A stretch of 64,000 nucleotides of DNA from NCBI GenBank assembly GCA_033764015.1, contig JANRJK010000013.1, positions 558,618 through 622,617 on the forward strand. Reading direction: 5' to 3'. The notes under the pieces are model-generated. The model saw nothing but the letters and a program-made list of their open reading frames with translations, did no database searches and was not told the origin of the DNA. This DNA is from Candidatus Sumerlaeia bacterium (GTDB lineage Bacteria > Sumerlaeota > Sumerlaeia > SLMS01 > JANRJK01). Made by a program: the position numbers and the translations under genes. Every line of letters starts with the position of its first letter. The stretch's first letter is position 1. Shown one piece after another: positions 17,103 through 26,255 of this stretch.

Positions 17103-19079
17103 ATGGCGCTTCGCCGCCTCCCGGGCACCGATCACGAAGCACGGCAGGAAACATTGGATAGCAGCATCCCCGGCGAGTCACCCGCGGCCCGGCCCGCGAA
17201 TCCGCTCTTGCGGGTCATGGACGCGGTGGACCGCGCGATCCTCCGCGGTTGGCGCGTCTTCAAGTCCCTCAAGTTCGGCATCTTCCTGCTCGTCCTGATC
17301 GGCGCGGTCTCCGTTTGGGGCACCATGGGGTACGCCAGCAACGCGAGCCTCGGCGACAACCAGATCCCCATGGCGCGGAGGCTTGTTTTCCAGACGTGGT
17401 GGTTCGCGTCGCTGCTCGCGACCTTCGCGATCCAGCTCACCGTCTCGACGTGGCACGTGACGGTGATGAGCGTGACGATCTGGTGGCGCCGGGAGTTCCG
17501 CCGCTTCGCCGCCTGGTACGCCGCCGGCGGGACGACGCCCCGCGCCGTGCTGTCGGTGCCGGCGGAGCGCACGGACGACGTCGCCGCGCTCCTGCGGCGG
17601 CGCTTCACCACGCTCCAGCGAGACGACGACGCCCTCTTCGCGCAGCGCGGCCTCCTGTCCCGGTTGGGGCCCACGATCGTGCACGCCGGCATGCTCATGG
17701 TGCTCGGCTCCGGCATGGCCCGCTTCCTCCTGCACAGCCAGGGAGAGGTGATGGCGGAAGGCCGGTTCATCGTCGCCGAGAACGAGGCGTCGAACCTGAT
17801 CTACGAACCGATCGACGAGGCGCAGGCGATCGGCGGGCGGAACGTCACCGCCCGCGAAATCCCCGAGAAGCTCTACATCCGCGTGCTGGACTTCGACGAG
17901 ATCCAGCACCCGAACATCGGCAGTCCGGCCTACTTCAGTTCCCTCGTCGAGATCGTCGATCCGCTCTCGGGACAGGTGACGGTGCGCCAGCTCGACATGA
18001 ACCATTCGATGTCGCTGCACGGCTACCAGTTCCACCAAGCGGGTTACGAGGCGGTCGAGGACGAGACGCCGCAGCGGTGGAACTTCGACGTGCGGGTGCA
18101 GTCGACCGGCGAGCGGGTCGCCGTGACGGACGCCGGCGCGAACACGCCGGTGCGCATCGGCGACACCGACTACCACATGATCGTCGCCGCCGGCGCGCCG
18201 GGCGCGCCGTTCGAGATCTTCCACCGCGACAACCCGCAGCGCATCCTCGCCCGCGGCACCGTGGGCGGGTCGACCGGGGCGCGCGAATTCACCTTCGAGG
18301 TGGTCCAGTTCTTCCCGAACTTCCAGATCGATCCGGTCGAAAGGAAGCCGATCAACGCCGGCAACGAACCGCTGAACCCCGCGCTACAGGTGGTGACCTA
18401 CCTGGACGGCGAGACCTCCACGGTCGAGTGGCTGTTCGCGGACCGCGAGCTGGCCGCGATCGCGCGCCCGCAGGACCCTGTCTACCAGCTCAAGCTGGCC
18501 GACATCCGCGTCCCGGCGGACGCGGCGGAGGTGGACTTCCAGAAACCGGGCGAAGTGAAGTTCGTGCTCGATGTCGTCCGCCGCTCGACCGGCGCGTCGC
18601 TGGGCCAGGTGCCGCTCTTCCTCGACGAGCGCAGTCGGCCCTTCGCTTACGACTTGCCGGAGATCATGCCCCAGACAACGGGCAACCCGGCCACCGGCGA
18701 GGACTTCGCGGTGATCAACCTCGGCCCGGCGCAGCGCTACCTGACGGTGCTCTCCGTGGTCCGCGAGCCGACCACGATGTTCGTCAACCTCGGCATCGGC
18801 GTCATCCTGATCGGCGCGCTGATGACCTTCCTGTCGCGCTACGAGGCGCTCCACGGCTGGCACGACCGGGCGTCGGGCCGCTTCCACCTGACGCTCACGC
18901 CGCGCTGGGGCTACGCTTCGGAGGCATCCGCCGCGGCGCTCGGCGCGCTCGTGGCGGAGGCCCGCGCCAAGCTGGGCGTCGACGGGGAGCTGCTTCCCTA
19001 CACGGTCCGGAAAGCGCGCAAGGAAGCCACCGAGAGCGAGAAGTCCATCGCCGACCCGCAAGCAATCACCTCGACCTGA
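17103..19079 (+). CDS. ResB/Ccs1-like cytochrome c biogenesis protein (start uncertain, possibly 17217)
   Basis: FKSLKFGIFLLVLIGAVSVWGT, FQTWWF, RLGPTIVHAGMLMVL, LDMNHSMSLHGYQFHQAGY and C-terminal VVREP plus TM; adjacent to ccsA. Confidence 0.82.
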   Translation: MALRRLPGTDHEARQETLDSSIPGESPAARPANPLLRVMDAVDRAILRGWRVFKSLKFGIFLLVLIGAVSVWGTMGYASNASLGDNQIPMARRLVFQTWWFASLLATFAIQLTVSTWHVTVMSVTIWWRREFRRFAAWYAAGGTTPRAVLSVPAERTDDVAALLRRRFTTLQRDDDALFAQRGLLSRLGPTIVHAGMLMVLGSGMARFLLHSQGEVMAEGRFIVAENEASNLIYEPIDEAQAIGGRNVTAREIPEKLYIRVLDFDEIQHPNIGSPAYFSSLVEIVDPLSGQVTVRQLDMNHSMSLHGYQFHQAGYEAVEDETPQRWNFDVRVQSTGERVAVTDAGANTPVRIGDTDYHMIVAAGAPGAPFEIFHRDNPQRILARGTVGGSTGAREFTFEVVQFFPNFQIDPVERKPINAGNEPLNPALQVVTYLDGETSTVEWLFADRELAAIARPQDPVYQLKLADIRVPADAAEVDFQKPGEVKFVLDVVRRSTGASLGQVPLFLDERSRPFAYDLPEIMPQTTGNPATGEDFAVINLGPAQRYLTVLSVVREPTTMFVNLGIGVILIGALMTFLSRYEALHGWHDRASGRFHLTLTPRWGYASEASAAALGALVAEARAKLGVDGELLPYTVRKARKEATESEKSIADPQAITST

Positions 19080-19107
19080 CCGCGGCCCCGGCCGCCCGGA
19101 AGAACCG

Positions 19108-20904
19108 ATGAAGTTGACGCAACTCCTCAGTTGGCTCCTCGCCGCGATCCTGCTGGCCGCCCCGTCCGCCGCGCAGACGCTCAGCGACGACGACTCCTCC
19201 CGCTTCTCCACCATTCCGCACAGCGCGGAGATGGAGCGCGCCATCGTCTCCAGCCCCGCGGAGCGCCTCGTCGTCATGACCGACGGCATCCGCGAGACGC
19301 TGCTCACCGCGTCGCGGATCCGGCTGGATGAGCTGACAGGCCGCACGGAGATCCGGGGCCAGGATCCGGAGTACACGTTCCTGTCGATGGTGTACGAGCC
19401 GGAGCGCTGGTGGGACGCGGCGATCCTGCCGCTCGAGCACCCGCGCGTGGCGGAGATCCTCGGCGCCGACGGCAAGTGGGTGAGCGCGCACTTCGTCGCC
19501 GCCAACCCGTCGCTCGCGCGGCTCGAGGGGTCGGCCGCGGAAGCGGCGAAGCACAAGGCGGACTTCGATGCGATGACGCGGCGCCTCAACGCGGCCGAGC
19601 AGGTGCTGCGGCTCCGGGACCGCGAGCTGGCGCTGTCGAGCCTCGCCACGGAGGAACTCCCGCGCGAGGCGATCCTCGAGCTGGTTGAGGACCCGGCGAA
19701 GCGCCGCGAGTCGCTCCGCGAGCGCGCCTCCCTCGCCGACAAGGTCGCCGAGGAGAAGGCGTTCCTCGAAGCGACGCAGCGCCTTTTCCACCGGGTTTCG
19801 ATGGTGGGGGGGATGCGCGATCACCTGGTGCTGGTCCCGAACCGCGAGGACATCCGCGGCGACTGGTTCCGACCGGGCGAGGGCACCCCGGGTCGAGGGG
19901 ATGAAGCGGTCTTCGAGGCCGCCAAGCGCCTCGACGCGGCGCTCGCGTCCGCCTTCCGCCAGGCCGAGCCCTCCGACGTTCCGCGCGCGGTGGCGGCCTT
20001 CCTCGATGTGGCGGAGGACCACCCGTCGTACCCGCCGCTCGAACGGCGCGCGGTCAAGAACGCCTACAAGGAGATGAATCCGTTCCGCTCCGCGGCGGGC
20101 CTCTTCATGGCGTCCGCGGTGGGCTTCGGCTTCTTCTTCTTCTTCGGCCGCTCCCCGCTCCGGTGGATCGGCACCGGCTTGTTCGGCTTGGCGTTCATCG
20201 CCCAGACGTTCGGCGTGGGGACGCGGCTGTACATCAGCGGCCACATGCCGGTTTCGAACATGTACGAATCGATCACGTTCACTTGTTGGGTGGCGATGCT
20301 GCTGGCGGGCGGGATCGAACTGCGCCGCCGCGACGGCGTCGCCGGGATCGGCGCGGCGATCCTGGGGTTCCTGATGCTCGCGGGGGCGTCGTCGATGCCA
20401 CTGCACGACACGCGCTTCCACCCGCTCCGGGCGGTGCTGAACAGCTACTGGCTGAACATCCACGTGACGGCGATGCTGATCAGCTACGCGGCCTTCGCGC
20501 TGGCGGCGGTGTTCGCGGCGGCGTACCTGCTCAAGTCGGCGACCGGGCGCGAGGCGCTCTTCGGCGGCAGGCCGATCATGACGCTGGACCAGACGGAGCA
20601 GTTCACTTACCGCCTGGTACAGGTTGGTTGGCCGATCCTGACGCTCGGCATCACCCTCGGGGCTGTCTGGGCCGACGTCGCCTGGGGCCGCTACTGGGGC
20701 TGGGATCCGAAGGAGACTTGGGCGTTCATCACGTGGATCGTGTACACGGTGTACCTGCACTCGCGCATGGTGATGGGCTGGCGCGGGCGCCTCTCCGCGG
20801 CGGCTTGCGTGCTGGGATTCGTCTGCGTGGTCATCACTTGGCTGGGCGTCAGCTACCACCCGTGGTTCTCGGGGGGCCTCCACAGCTACGCGTCGCCGAC
20901 CTGA
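19108..20904 (+). CDS. ccsA: cytochrome c biogenesis protein CcsA with an extended periplasmic N-terminal domain
   Basis: HMPVSNMYES, LNSYWLNIHV, WWD domain GAVWADVAWGRYWGWDPKETWAFITW, GLHSYA. Confidence 0.93.
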   Translation: MKLTQLLSWLLAAILLAAPSAAQTLSDDDSSRFSTIPHSAEMERAIVSSPAERLVVMTDGIRETLLTASRIRLDELTGRTEIRGQDPEYTFLSMVYEPERWWDAAILPLEHPRVAEILGADGKWVSAHFVAANPSLARLEGSAAEAAKHKADFDAMTRRLNAAEQVLRLRDRELALSSLATEELPREAILELVEDPAKRRESLRERASLADKVAEEKAFLEATQRLFHRVSMVGGMRDHLVLVPNREDIRGDWFRPGEGTPGRGDEAVFEAAKRLDAALASAFRQAEPSDVPRAVAAFLDVAEDHPSYPPLERRAVKNAYKEMNPFRSAAGLFMASAVGFGFFFFFGRSPLRWIGTGLFGLAFIAQTFGVGTRLYISGHMPVSNMYESITFTCWVAMLLAGGIELRRRDGVAGIGAAILGFLMLAGASSMPLHDTRFHPLRAVLNSYWLNIHVTAMLISYAAFALAAVFAAAYLLKSATGREALFGGRPIMTLDQTEQFTYRLVQVGWPILTLGITLGAVWADVAWGRYWGWDPKETWAFITWIVYTVYLHSRMVMGWRGRLSAAACVLGFVCVVITWLGVSYHPWFSGGLHSYASPT

Positions 20905-20949
20905 GCGGGGGCCTCTGAACCCTTGCGGCGCGGCGCGGGCCGCGCTTGG

Positions 20950-21711
20950 ATGCCCGCACTCCACGGAGGTGCGGGCATCGTGGCTTCACCGGGTGCGCAA
21001 CTGATCGGGCGGACCGCGCTCATCATCGTCGCCGGCGGCAGCGGCAAGCGCTTCGGCGGCTTCAAGCAGCTCGCCGAGCTCGGCGGCCAGCCGCTGCTCC
21101 GGGTCGCGATCCGCGCCTTCGCGACGCTACCCTTCGCGGAGCGCATCGTGGTGCTTCCGCAGGAGCTGATCGACCGCGGGGTGGGCGTCTTCGAGCCGCC
21201 GGAGAACATCGTGCGCTTCATCCCGGGCGGCGCGGAGCGGGCCGACTCGGTGCGCGAGGGTGTGCGCGCCTGCGGGCCGGAAGTGGAATACGTCGCGGTT
21301 CACGACGGCGCGCGGCCGTTCCCGCCGATTTCCGCGATCCGCCGGGCCTTCGAGATGCTCGCCGCGGACCACGCGCTCGGCGGCGCGATCCTCTGCTCGC
21401 CGATGACGGACACGGTGAAGCGCGTCGGCGCCGAAGGCCGCATCCAGATCACGCTTCCGCGCACCGACCTGCGCCGCGCCGAGACGCCGCAGATCGTCCG
21501 CCGCGACCTGCTGACGCACGCGCTCGAGCAGCCGGGCTTCGAAACCGCCACCGACGAGGCGCAGCTCCTCGAGTGGTGGGGCCATACCGTCGCCGCGGTG
21601 TCGCACGAAGGACTGAACCTGAAGATCACGACCGAACAGGATCTGGCGATCGCGGACGCGATGCTGGCGCTCAAGACCCGCAACGCTCAGTTGATCGACA
21701 CGCACCGCTGA
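20950..21711 (+). CDS. ispD: 2-C-methyl-D-erythritol 4-phosphate cytidylyltransferase
   Basis: IIVAGGSGKRFGGFKQ, GGAERADSV, VAVHDGARPF, DTVKRV, ETPQ, TDEA, NLKITT. Confidence 0.92.
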   Translation: MPALHGGAGIVASPGAQLIGRTALIIVAGGSGKRFGGFKQLAELGGQPLLRVAIRAFATLPFAERIVVLPQELIDRGVGVFEPPENIVRFIPGGAERADSVREGVRACGPEVEYVAVHDGARPFPPISAIRRAFEMLAADHALGGAILCSPMTDTVKRVGAEGRIQITLPRTDLRRAETPQIVRRDLLTHALEQPGFETATDEAQLLEWWGHTVAAVSHEGLNLKITTEQDLAIADAMLALKTRNAQLIDTHR

Positions 21712-21721
21712 ATTCGGCGAC

Positions 21722-23212
21722 TTAGCCGGGACGCTTCTTCAGCGCGCCGCCCACATAGGGCATCGCTGCCGCTTTCAGGTAGATCAGTTCGCCCGCGTAC
21801 ATCAGCGTCAGCAGCAGGCCCCGGTTCTTAACGTCCCGCACACGGCGGAACAGCAGCATCGAGCCGAAGCGCCCGAGCGCGCTGATCACGAACAGCACGT
21901 GGTAGTGGACGAACTGGACACCGAGGAACTCGCCGCGCCACCCCGCGATCCGCTCCGCCATGACGCCGCTGATCCACGCGCCCGCGAGGAACATCAGCCC
22001 CATCACGATGTTGAGCGCGGCGAGGTAGTAGGAGCGCCCCTCGCGCGGCGACAGCGCGAACGGCAGGTTCATCGACGCGATGCTGAACCCGCTCCAACTG
22101 ATGCCCGCCAGGATCCACGCGAGGTAGACGAAGAAAAGGCCGCCACTGAGCGAGGCGACGTACAGGAACGGGATGAACGCGATGGTCGCCACATTGATGG
22201 ACAGCGCCGGACGGATCCCCGCGCGGTCCATCACCGGCCCCCAAATGCCGTGGAACACCGCGCCGATGGCGAGGCTGGTGACGACGAAGGACGCGAGCTG
22301 CGTGTTCGACACGCCGACGTCCTTGATGAGGTACGGGAAGAAGAACGGCGCGCTGAAGCCGAGCGAGAAGTGGAGCAGCGCGAAGCAGGCGATCAGGCCC
22401 CGGAAGTCCGGGTCGCGGAAGGGCCGCGTGGCGTTGCGCAGGAAGCCGCGCTGCGCGACGCGCTCCATGGGCGGCTCCCATTCGCGGCGGATCGCCTCGA
22501 CGGAACCGAGGCCGAACACCACGGCCACGAGGAAGACTGCGGCGAAGCCGAACGCCTCCGCGCCGTTGTCCCGCGCGAGGTCCAGCACCGCGCCGCCCGC
22601 CAGCATCGCGATGATCGAACCCACGTTGATGATGCGGTTCCGCCGGCCCATGTAGCGGCCGCGCAGCGACTCCGGCACAAGGTCCGCGATCCAGCCTTGG
22701 AACACGTTGGTCGAGACGCCCTGCATCAATCCCGAGATGACGATCAGCAGGAGGAATAGGTGGAGCGCCTCGCGCGGATCGAGCGGGAGGAAGGGCAGCA
22801 GGCAGATCGGGATCCAGAGCAGCCGACTCAGCGCCGAGGTGACGACGGTGAGCAGCCGGCGCGTGCCGAGGCGCTCGGCGATGGCGGCGCCCACCAGGCC
22901 CAGGATGTTCGAGACGGAAGGGATCGAGGTGATCAGCGCCATGTGCATGTCGCTGGCGCCGAGCATCAGCGCGAACGCGCTCAGGAATGCGCTCGTGGTC
23001 AGGATCAGGTAGATGCTCGAGAGGAAGCCCTCGATGGAGAGCACCGCGAGGGCGTCGCGCTGGCGGCTCGTCATCGGGTGCTTGCGGTCCGCGCCGGTGA
23101 CCAGCCCCGAGAGCCTGCGCCACGCAGGGTGCGGCGCGCCCCGCGGGAACGGCAGGTGGGCCGTCGTGGACGCGTTGCGGATGTCGGTGGTGTCTTCGGC
23201 GGTCGGCGGCAC
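21722..23212 (-). CDS. MFS transporter
   Basis: About 12 hydrophobic segments; WIADLVPESLRGRYMGRRN and PFRDPDFR loops. Confidence 0.85.
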   Translation of the reverse strand: MPPTAEDTTDIRNASTTAHLPFPRGAPHPAWRRLSGLVTGADRKHPMTSRQRDALAVLSIEGFLSSIYLILTTSAFLSAFALMLGASDMHMALITSIPSVSNILGLVGAAIAERLGTRRLLTVVTSALSRLLWIPICLLPFLPLDPREALHLFLLLIVISGLMQGVSTNVFQGWIADLVPESLRGRYMGRRNRIINVGSIIAMLAGGAVLDLARDNGAEAFGFAAVFLVAVVFGLGSVEAIRREWEPPMERVAQRGFLRNATRPFRDPDFRGLIACFALLHFSLGFSAPFFFPYLIKDVGVSNTQLASFVVTSLAIGAVFHGIWGPVMDRAGIRPALSINVATIAFIPFLYVASLSGGLFFVYLAWILAGISWSGFSIASMNLPFALSPREGRSYYLAALNIVMGLMFLAGAWISGVMAERIAGWRGEFLGVQFVHYHVLFVISALGRFGSMLLFRRVRDVKNRGLLLTLMYAGELIYLKAAAMPYVGGALKKRPG

Positions 23213-23264
23213 GGCTTCGGGAATGTGCCGGTGCGGGGGGCGGGGGCGAAACGGAAATCCCGAC

Positions 23265-23504
23265 CTAGCCGCCTCTGCGGATCCTCAACAGGAAGAGGCC
23301 GCCGCCCAGCGGATCGCGCGCGAGGACCTGGTGGCCTTCGCGGACGACGGATCGCGTCACGTTCGCGAGCGGCTCGCCCTCGCGGATGCGGACGTCCAGA
23401 AGCGCGCCCGGCGGCAGCTCCTCGAGTTCGAGCTTTGTCTTCACGAAGGTGATCGGGCAGACGTCGCGGGAAATGTCGAGGAACGCCGGAGCGGCGTCAG
23501 CCAT
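23265..23504 (-). CDS. TusA-family sulfur carrier
   Basis: LDISRDVCPITFVKTKLELE, GEPLANV. Confidence 0.88.
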   Translation of the reverse strand: MADAAPAFLDISRDVCPITFVKTKLELEELPPGALLDVRIREGEPLANVTRSVVREGHQVLARDPLGGGLFLLRIRRGG

Positions 23505-23970
23505 CGGCCGCTTCCACCAGCAGTTCGACCTCGACCGGGGCGTTCAGGGGGAGGCTGGGGCAGCCGACCGCCGCGCGGACGTGAGAGCCCGCCGCGCCGA
23601 AAATCTCCTGCAGCAGCAGGCTGGCGCCGTTCGCCACCTTCGGGTGGTCGGTGAACGTGTCCGGCGCGGCGACGAAAACGCCCACGCGCACGATGGACGC
23701 GATACGGTCCACGCCCCCCGCGGCCTGCGCCGCCGCGGCGACCGCGTTGAGGGCCGCTTGGCGCGCGCAATCCTGCGCCAGCTCCAACGGCACCTCGACG
23801 CCGACGCGCCCCTCGGCCATCAACTTGCCGCCGCGCATGGGGAGTTGGCCGCTCGTGTAGACCAGCGCGCCGGCGCGCTTGGAGGGAATGTACGCGGCAA
23901 CCGGGGCGGGCACCGGGGGCAGTTCGATTCCAAGTTCCCGCAACCGCGCGGAGGGAGTCGTGTCGGCCAT
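23497..23970 (-). CDS. RidA/YjgF-family protein
   Basis: LRELGIELP..PAPVAAY, YTSGQLP, VANGAS, HVRAAVG, LPLNAPVEVE. Confidence 0.92.
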   Translation of the reverse strand: MADTTPSARLRELGIELPPVPAPVAAYIPSKRAGALVYTSGQLPMRGGKLMAEGRVGVEVPLELAQDCARQAALNAVAAAAQAAGGVDRIASIVRVGVFVAAPDTFTDHPKVANGASLLLQEIFGAAGSHVRAAVGCPSLPLNAPVEVELLVEAADG

Positions 23971-23978
23971 GGAGTTCC

Positions 23979-24506
23979 TCAGCGGATGAGTTGGTAGCGG
24001 AGCCGCGCGGCGCGCGCGAGCTCGCGGATCTGCGGATCGCCGTCGGCGCCGTACTGCTCGATCAGCGCCTTGTACGCCGCCTGCGCCCGCTGCGGCTGCT
24101 TCAACTCGTCGTAGGCGAGGCCCATCCCGTACAGTCCGCCCGCGTGCACCTGCGGGTTCTCCGGGTGCTTGGCGACGGCTTCCTCGTACAGTTCGAGGGC
24201 GGCGGGCCAGTTGTCCTGGTCGCGCTGCAGTTCCGCGGTGCGGAGCAGCGCCAGCGGCGCCGCGTCGCGGTCCGTGGGGAAGCGCTCGATGACGAGTTCG
24301 TAGGCGGCGATCGCCTTGGCGTACTCCTCGGTGCGGTTCTCGACGTCGAAGGTGTTCCGGGCGCGGCGGTCCTGCGAGTAGGCGACTTCGAGCTGCGCCT
24401 CCGCGGTGTCCATTTCGGGGATCACCCAGTCGGGGCCGCTGCGGAAGTGGGAGCAGCCGCCGAGCAGCAGGAGCGCGGCGAGCGTTGCGGGCAGTAGCTT
24501 CGTCAA
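23979..24506 (-). CDS. TPR lipoprotein (BamD/YbgF-like)
   Basis: TTG start; lipobox LLLGGC; TPR-like AIAAYELVIERFP, ALELYEEAVAKHP, YKALIEQY. Confidence 0.72.
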   Translation of the reverse strand: MTKLLPATLAALLLLGGCSHFRSGPDWVIPEMDTAEAQLEVAYSQDRRARNTFDVENRTEEYAKAIAAYELVIERFPTDRDAAPLALLRTAELQRDQDNWPAALELYEEAVAKHPENPQVHAGGLYGMGLAYDELKQPQRAQAAYKALIEQYGADGDPQIRELARAARLRYQLIR

Positions 24507-24940
24507 GGGGCCACCTCGTCGGGGGGATCGGCGGCGCGCGCGGCGCCGCCGGTGGAGTCCATGTAGTCGCGCAGGATGATCGCGGCGGCAAGCGCATCGG
24601 TGGCGTGGCGGTCGCCGAGCTCCGCCTCGCGGCGGATCTCGCCGGCCTCCAGGGATGTGTAGCGCTCGTCCTGGTAGCGCACCGGAACGCGGCCCAGGCG
24701 GCGCTGGAGCGAGCGGCCGAAGGCGAGCACCTTCTCCGCCTGGTCGCCTTTCGAGCCGTCGCGGAGCAGGGGCAGGCCCAGGACCACCTCGCCCGCGCGG
24801 TGCTCCTCGACCAGCCGCTGCACCGCGTCGAGGATCTGGGTGCGGCCCTTGCGCTCGATGGTGGCGAGCGGCTCGCACACGATGCGCGAGCGCGACAGGG
24901 CGACGCCGACCCAGCGGTCGCCCACGTCGAGCGCGAGCAC
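24503..24940 (-). CDS. ruvX: Holliday junction resolvase-like RuvX/YqgF (start approximate)
   Basis: VLALDVGDRWVGVALS, VVLGLP, QDERYTS, DALAAAIILRDY. Confidence 0.9.
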   Translation of the reverse strand: MLALDVGDRWVGVALSRSRIVCEPLATIERKGRTQILDAVQRLVEEHRAGEVVLGLPLLRDGSKGDQAEKVLAFGRSLQRRLGRVPVRYQDERYTSLEAGEIRREAELGDRHATDALAAAIILRDYMDSTGGAARAADPPDEVAP

Positions 24941-25003
24941 GGGGACCGGAGCGGGGTTCAGCGGACTTGCGGCCCCGCGCCGCGCGCGCGGATGTTGCCC
25001 GCG

Positions 25004-25366
25004 ATGGATGGAAGGATGCCTAGGAAGCCCAAGCTGGTCCACGCCCTGAAGATGATTTTCGGCGTCCGCGACGCGGAGGCCGCGGAAGGCTTTTATCTCG
25101 AAGGCATGTGGAGCGCGGAGCAAGGGAACGAGGATGCCGCCCGCGAGCTGTTCCGCACCGCGGCGCTGCTCGACAAGCGCTTCGGGGGCGCCCGCTACAA
25201 CTTCGCGGCGTTGACCGAGAAGCGCCTAGGCGCGTCCCCGGAGACGATCGCCGCCTGGAAGGACTACGTCGCCTGCGCCGCGGACGACTCGCGGCAGCCC
25301 GCCGAGATCATCGAGAAAGTCCGCCGCCACATCGCGGACCTCGAAGCGAAGACCGCCCGTGGGTGA
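25004..25366 (+). CDS. small TPR-like hypothetical protein
   Basis: ARELFRTAALLDKRFGGARYNFA...TIAAWKDYV is TPR-like; overlaps the next gene start. Confidence 0.6.
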   Translation: MDGRMPRKPKLVHALKMIFGVRDAEAAEGFYLEGMWSAEQGNEDAARELFRTAALLDKRFGGARYNFAALTEKRLGASPETIAAWKDYVACAADDSRQPAEIIEKVRRHIADLEAKTARG

Positions 25367-26255
25367 GCCGCTCCGGTTCTCCATCGTCATCGTCTCGCTC
25401 AACGGGTGCGCGCGCATCGCGATGCCGCTCGACGCGCTCCGCAAGTGCGTGCCCGCGCCCGCGGAGGTCATCCTTGTGGACAACGGCAGCACCGACGGGC
25501 TCTCGCCCTTCGTGCGGAAGAACTACCCGGAGGTGCGCCTCGTGCGCGCGCCGCGGAATCTGGGGTTCGGCGGCGGAAACAACCTGGGCATCCTGAACGC
25601 TTCCGGCGGAATCGTGGTGCTACTCAACGACGACACCGAACCGGACCCCGGCTGGCTCGCGCCTTTGGAGCGGGCGTTCCGCGAGGACCCGAAGCTCGGC
25701 TGCGCGGGGTGCAGGCTGCTCTATCCCGGCACGCGCAAGGTGCAGCACCTCGGCGGGTTCGTGCACGCGAACGGGCTCACGGACCACGCGCACTGGGGCG
25801 AGGACGCGGCGGCCACGGAGGGCCTGCCGGTCCGCGAGGTCGACTACGCGACCGGCGCGGCGATGGCGGTCCGCCGCGAGTGCCTAGCCCAGACCGGGCT
25901 GCTCGACGAGTGCTTCTGGCCGATCTACTTCGAGGAGGTCGACTGGTGCGCGCGCGCGCGGCGGAGGGGCTGGCGCGTCGCCGTCGTGCCCGAGTCGACC
26001 GTCGTGCACCACGAGAGCCAGACGACCGAACGCTTCAGCCCCCGCTTCCTGCGCATGTACCACCGGAACCGGATCCGCTTCCTGCTGAAGAACCGCGCGG
26101 CGCGCGAGTGGCCCGGCGTGATCCGCGCCGAGGCGCGCTGGCTCGCCGGCCATGCGCCGTGGGACAGCCTCTGGGCGTGCTCGCTCGCCTACGCCTGGGG
26201 CGCCGCGCAGTGCGTCGAGATCCTCGCGCGCGAAGCGCGCGGCGAGCGCTTCTGA
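25359..26255 (+). CDS. GT2 family glycosyltransferase
   Basis: LVDNGSTDG, NLGFGGGNNLG, LLNDD, YFEEVDWCARARRRG, VVHHES. Confidence 0.92.
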   Translation: MGEPLRFSIVIVSLNGCARIAMPLDALRKCVPAPAEVILVDNGSTDGLSPFVRKNYPEVRLVRAPRNLGFGGGNNLGILNASGGIVVLLNDDTEPDPGWLAPLERAFREDPKLGCAGCRLLYPGTRKVQHLGGFVHANGLTDHAHWGEDAAATEGLPVREVDYATGAAMAVRRECLAQTGLLDECFWPIYFEEVDWCARARRRGWRVAVVPESTVVHHESQTTERFSPRFLRMYHRNRIRFLLKNRAAREWPGVIRAEARWLAGHAPWDSLWACSLAYAWGAAQCVEILAREARGERF

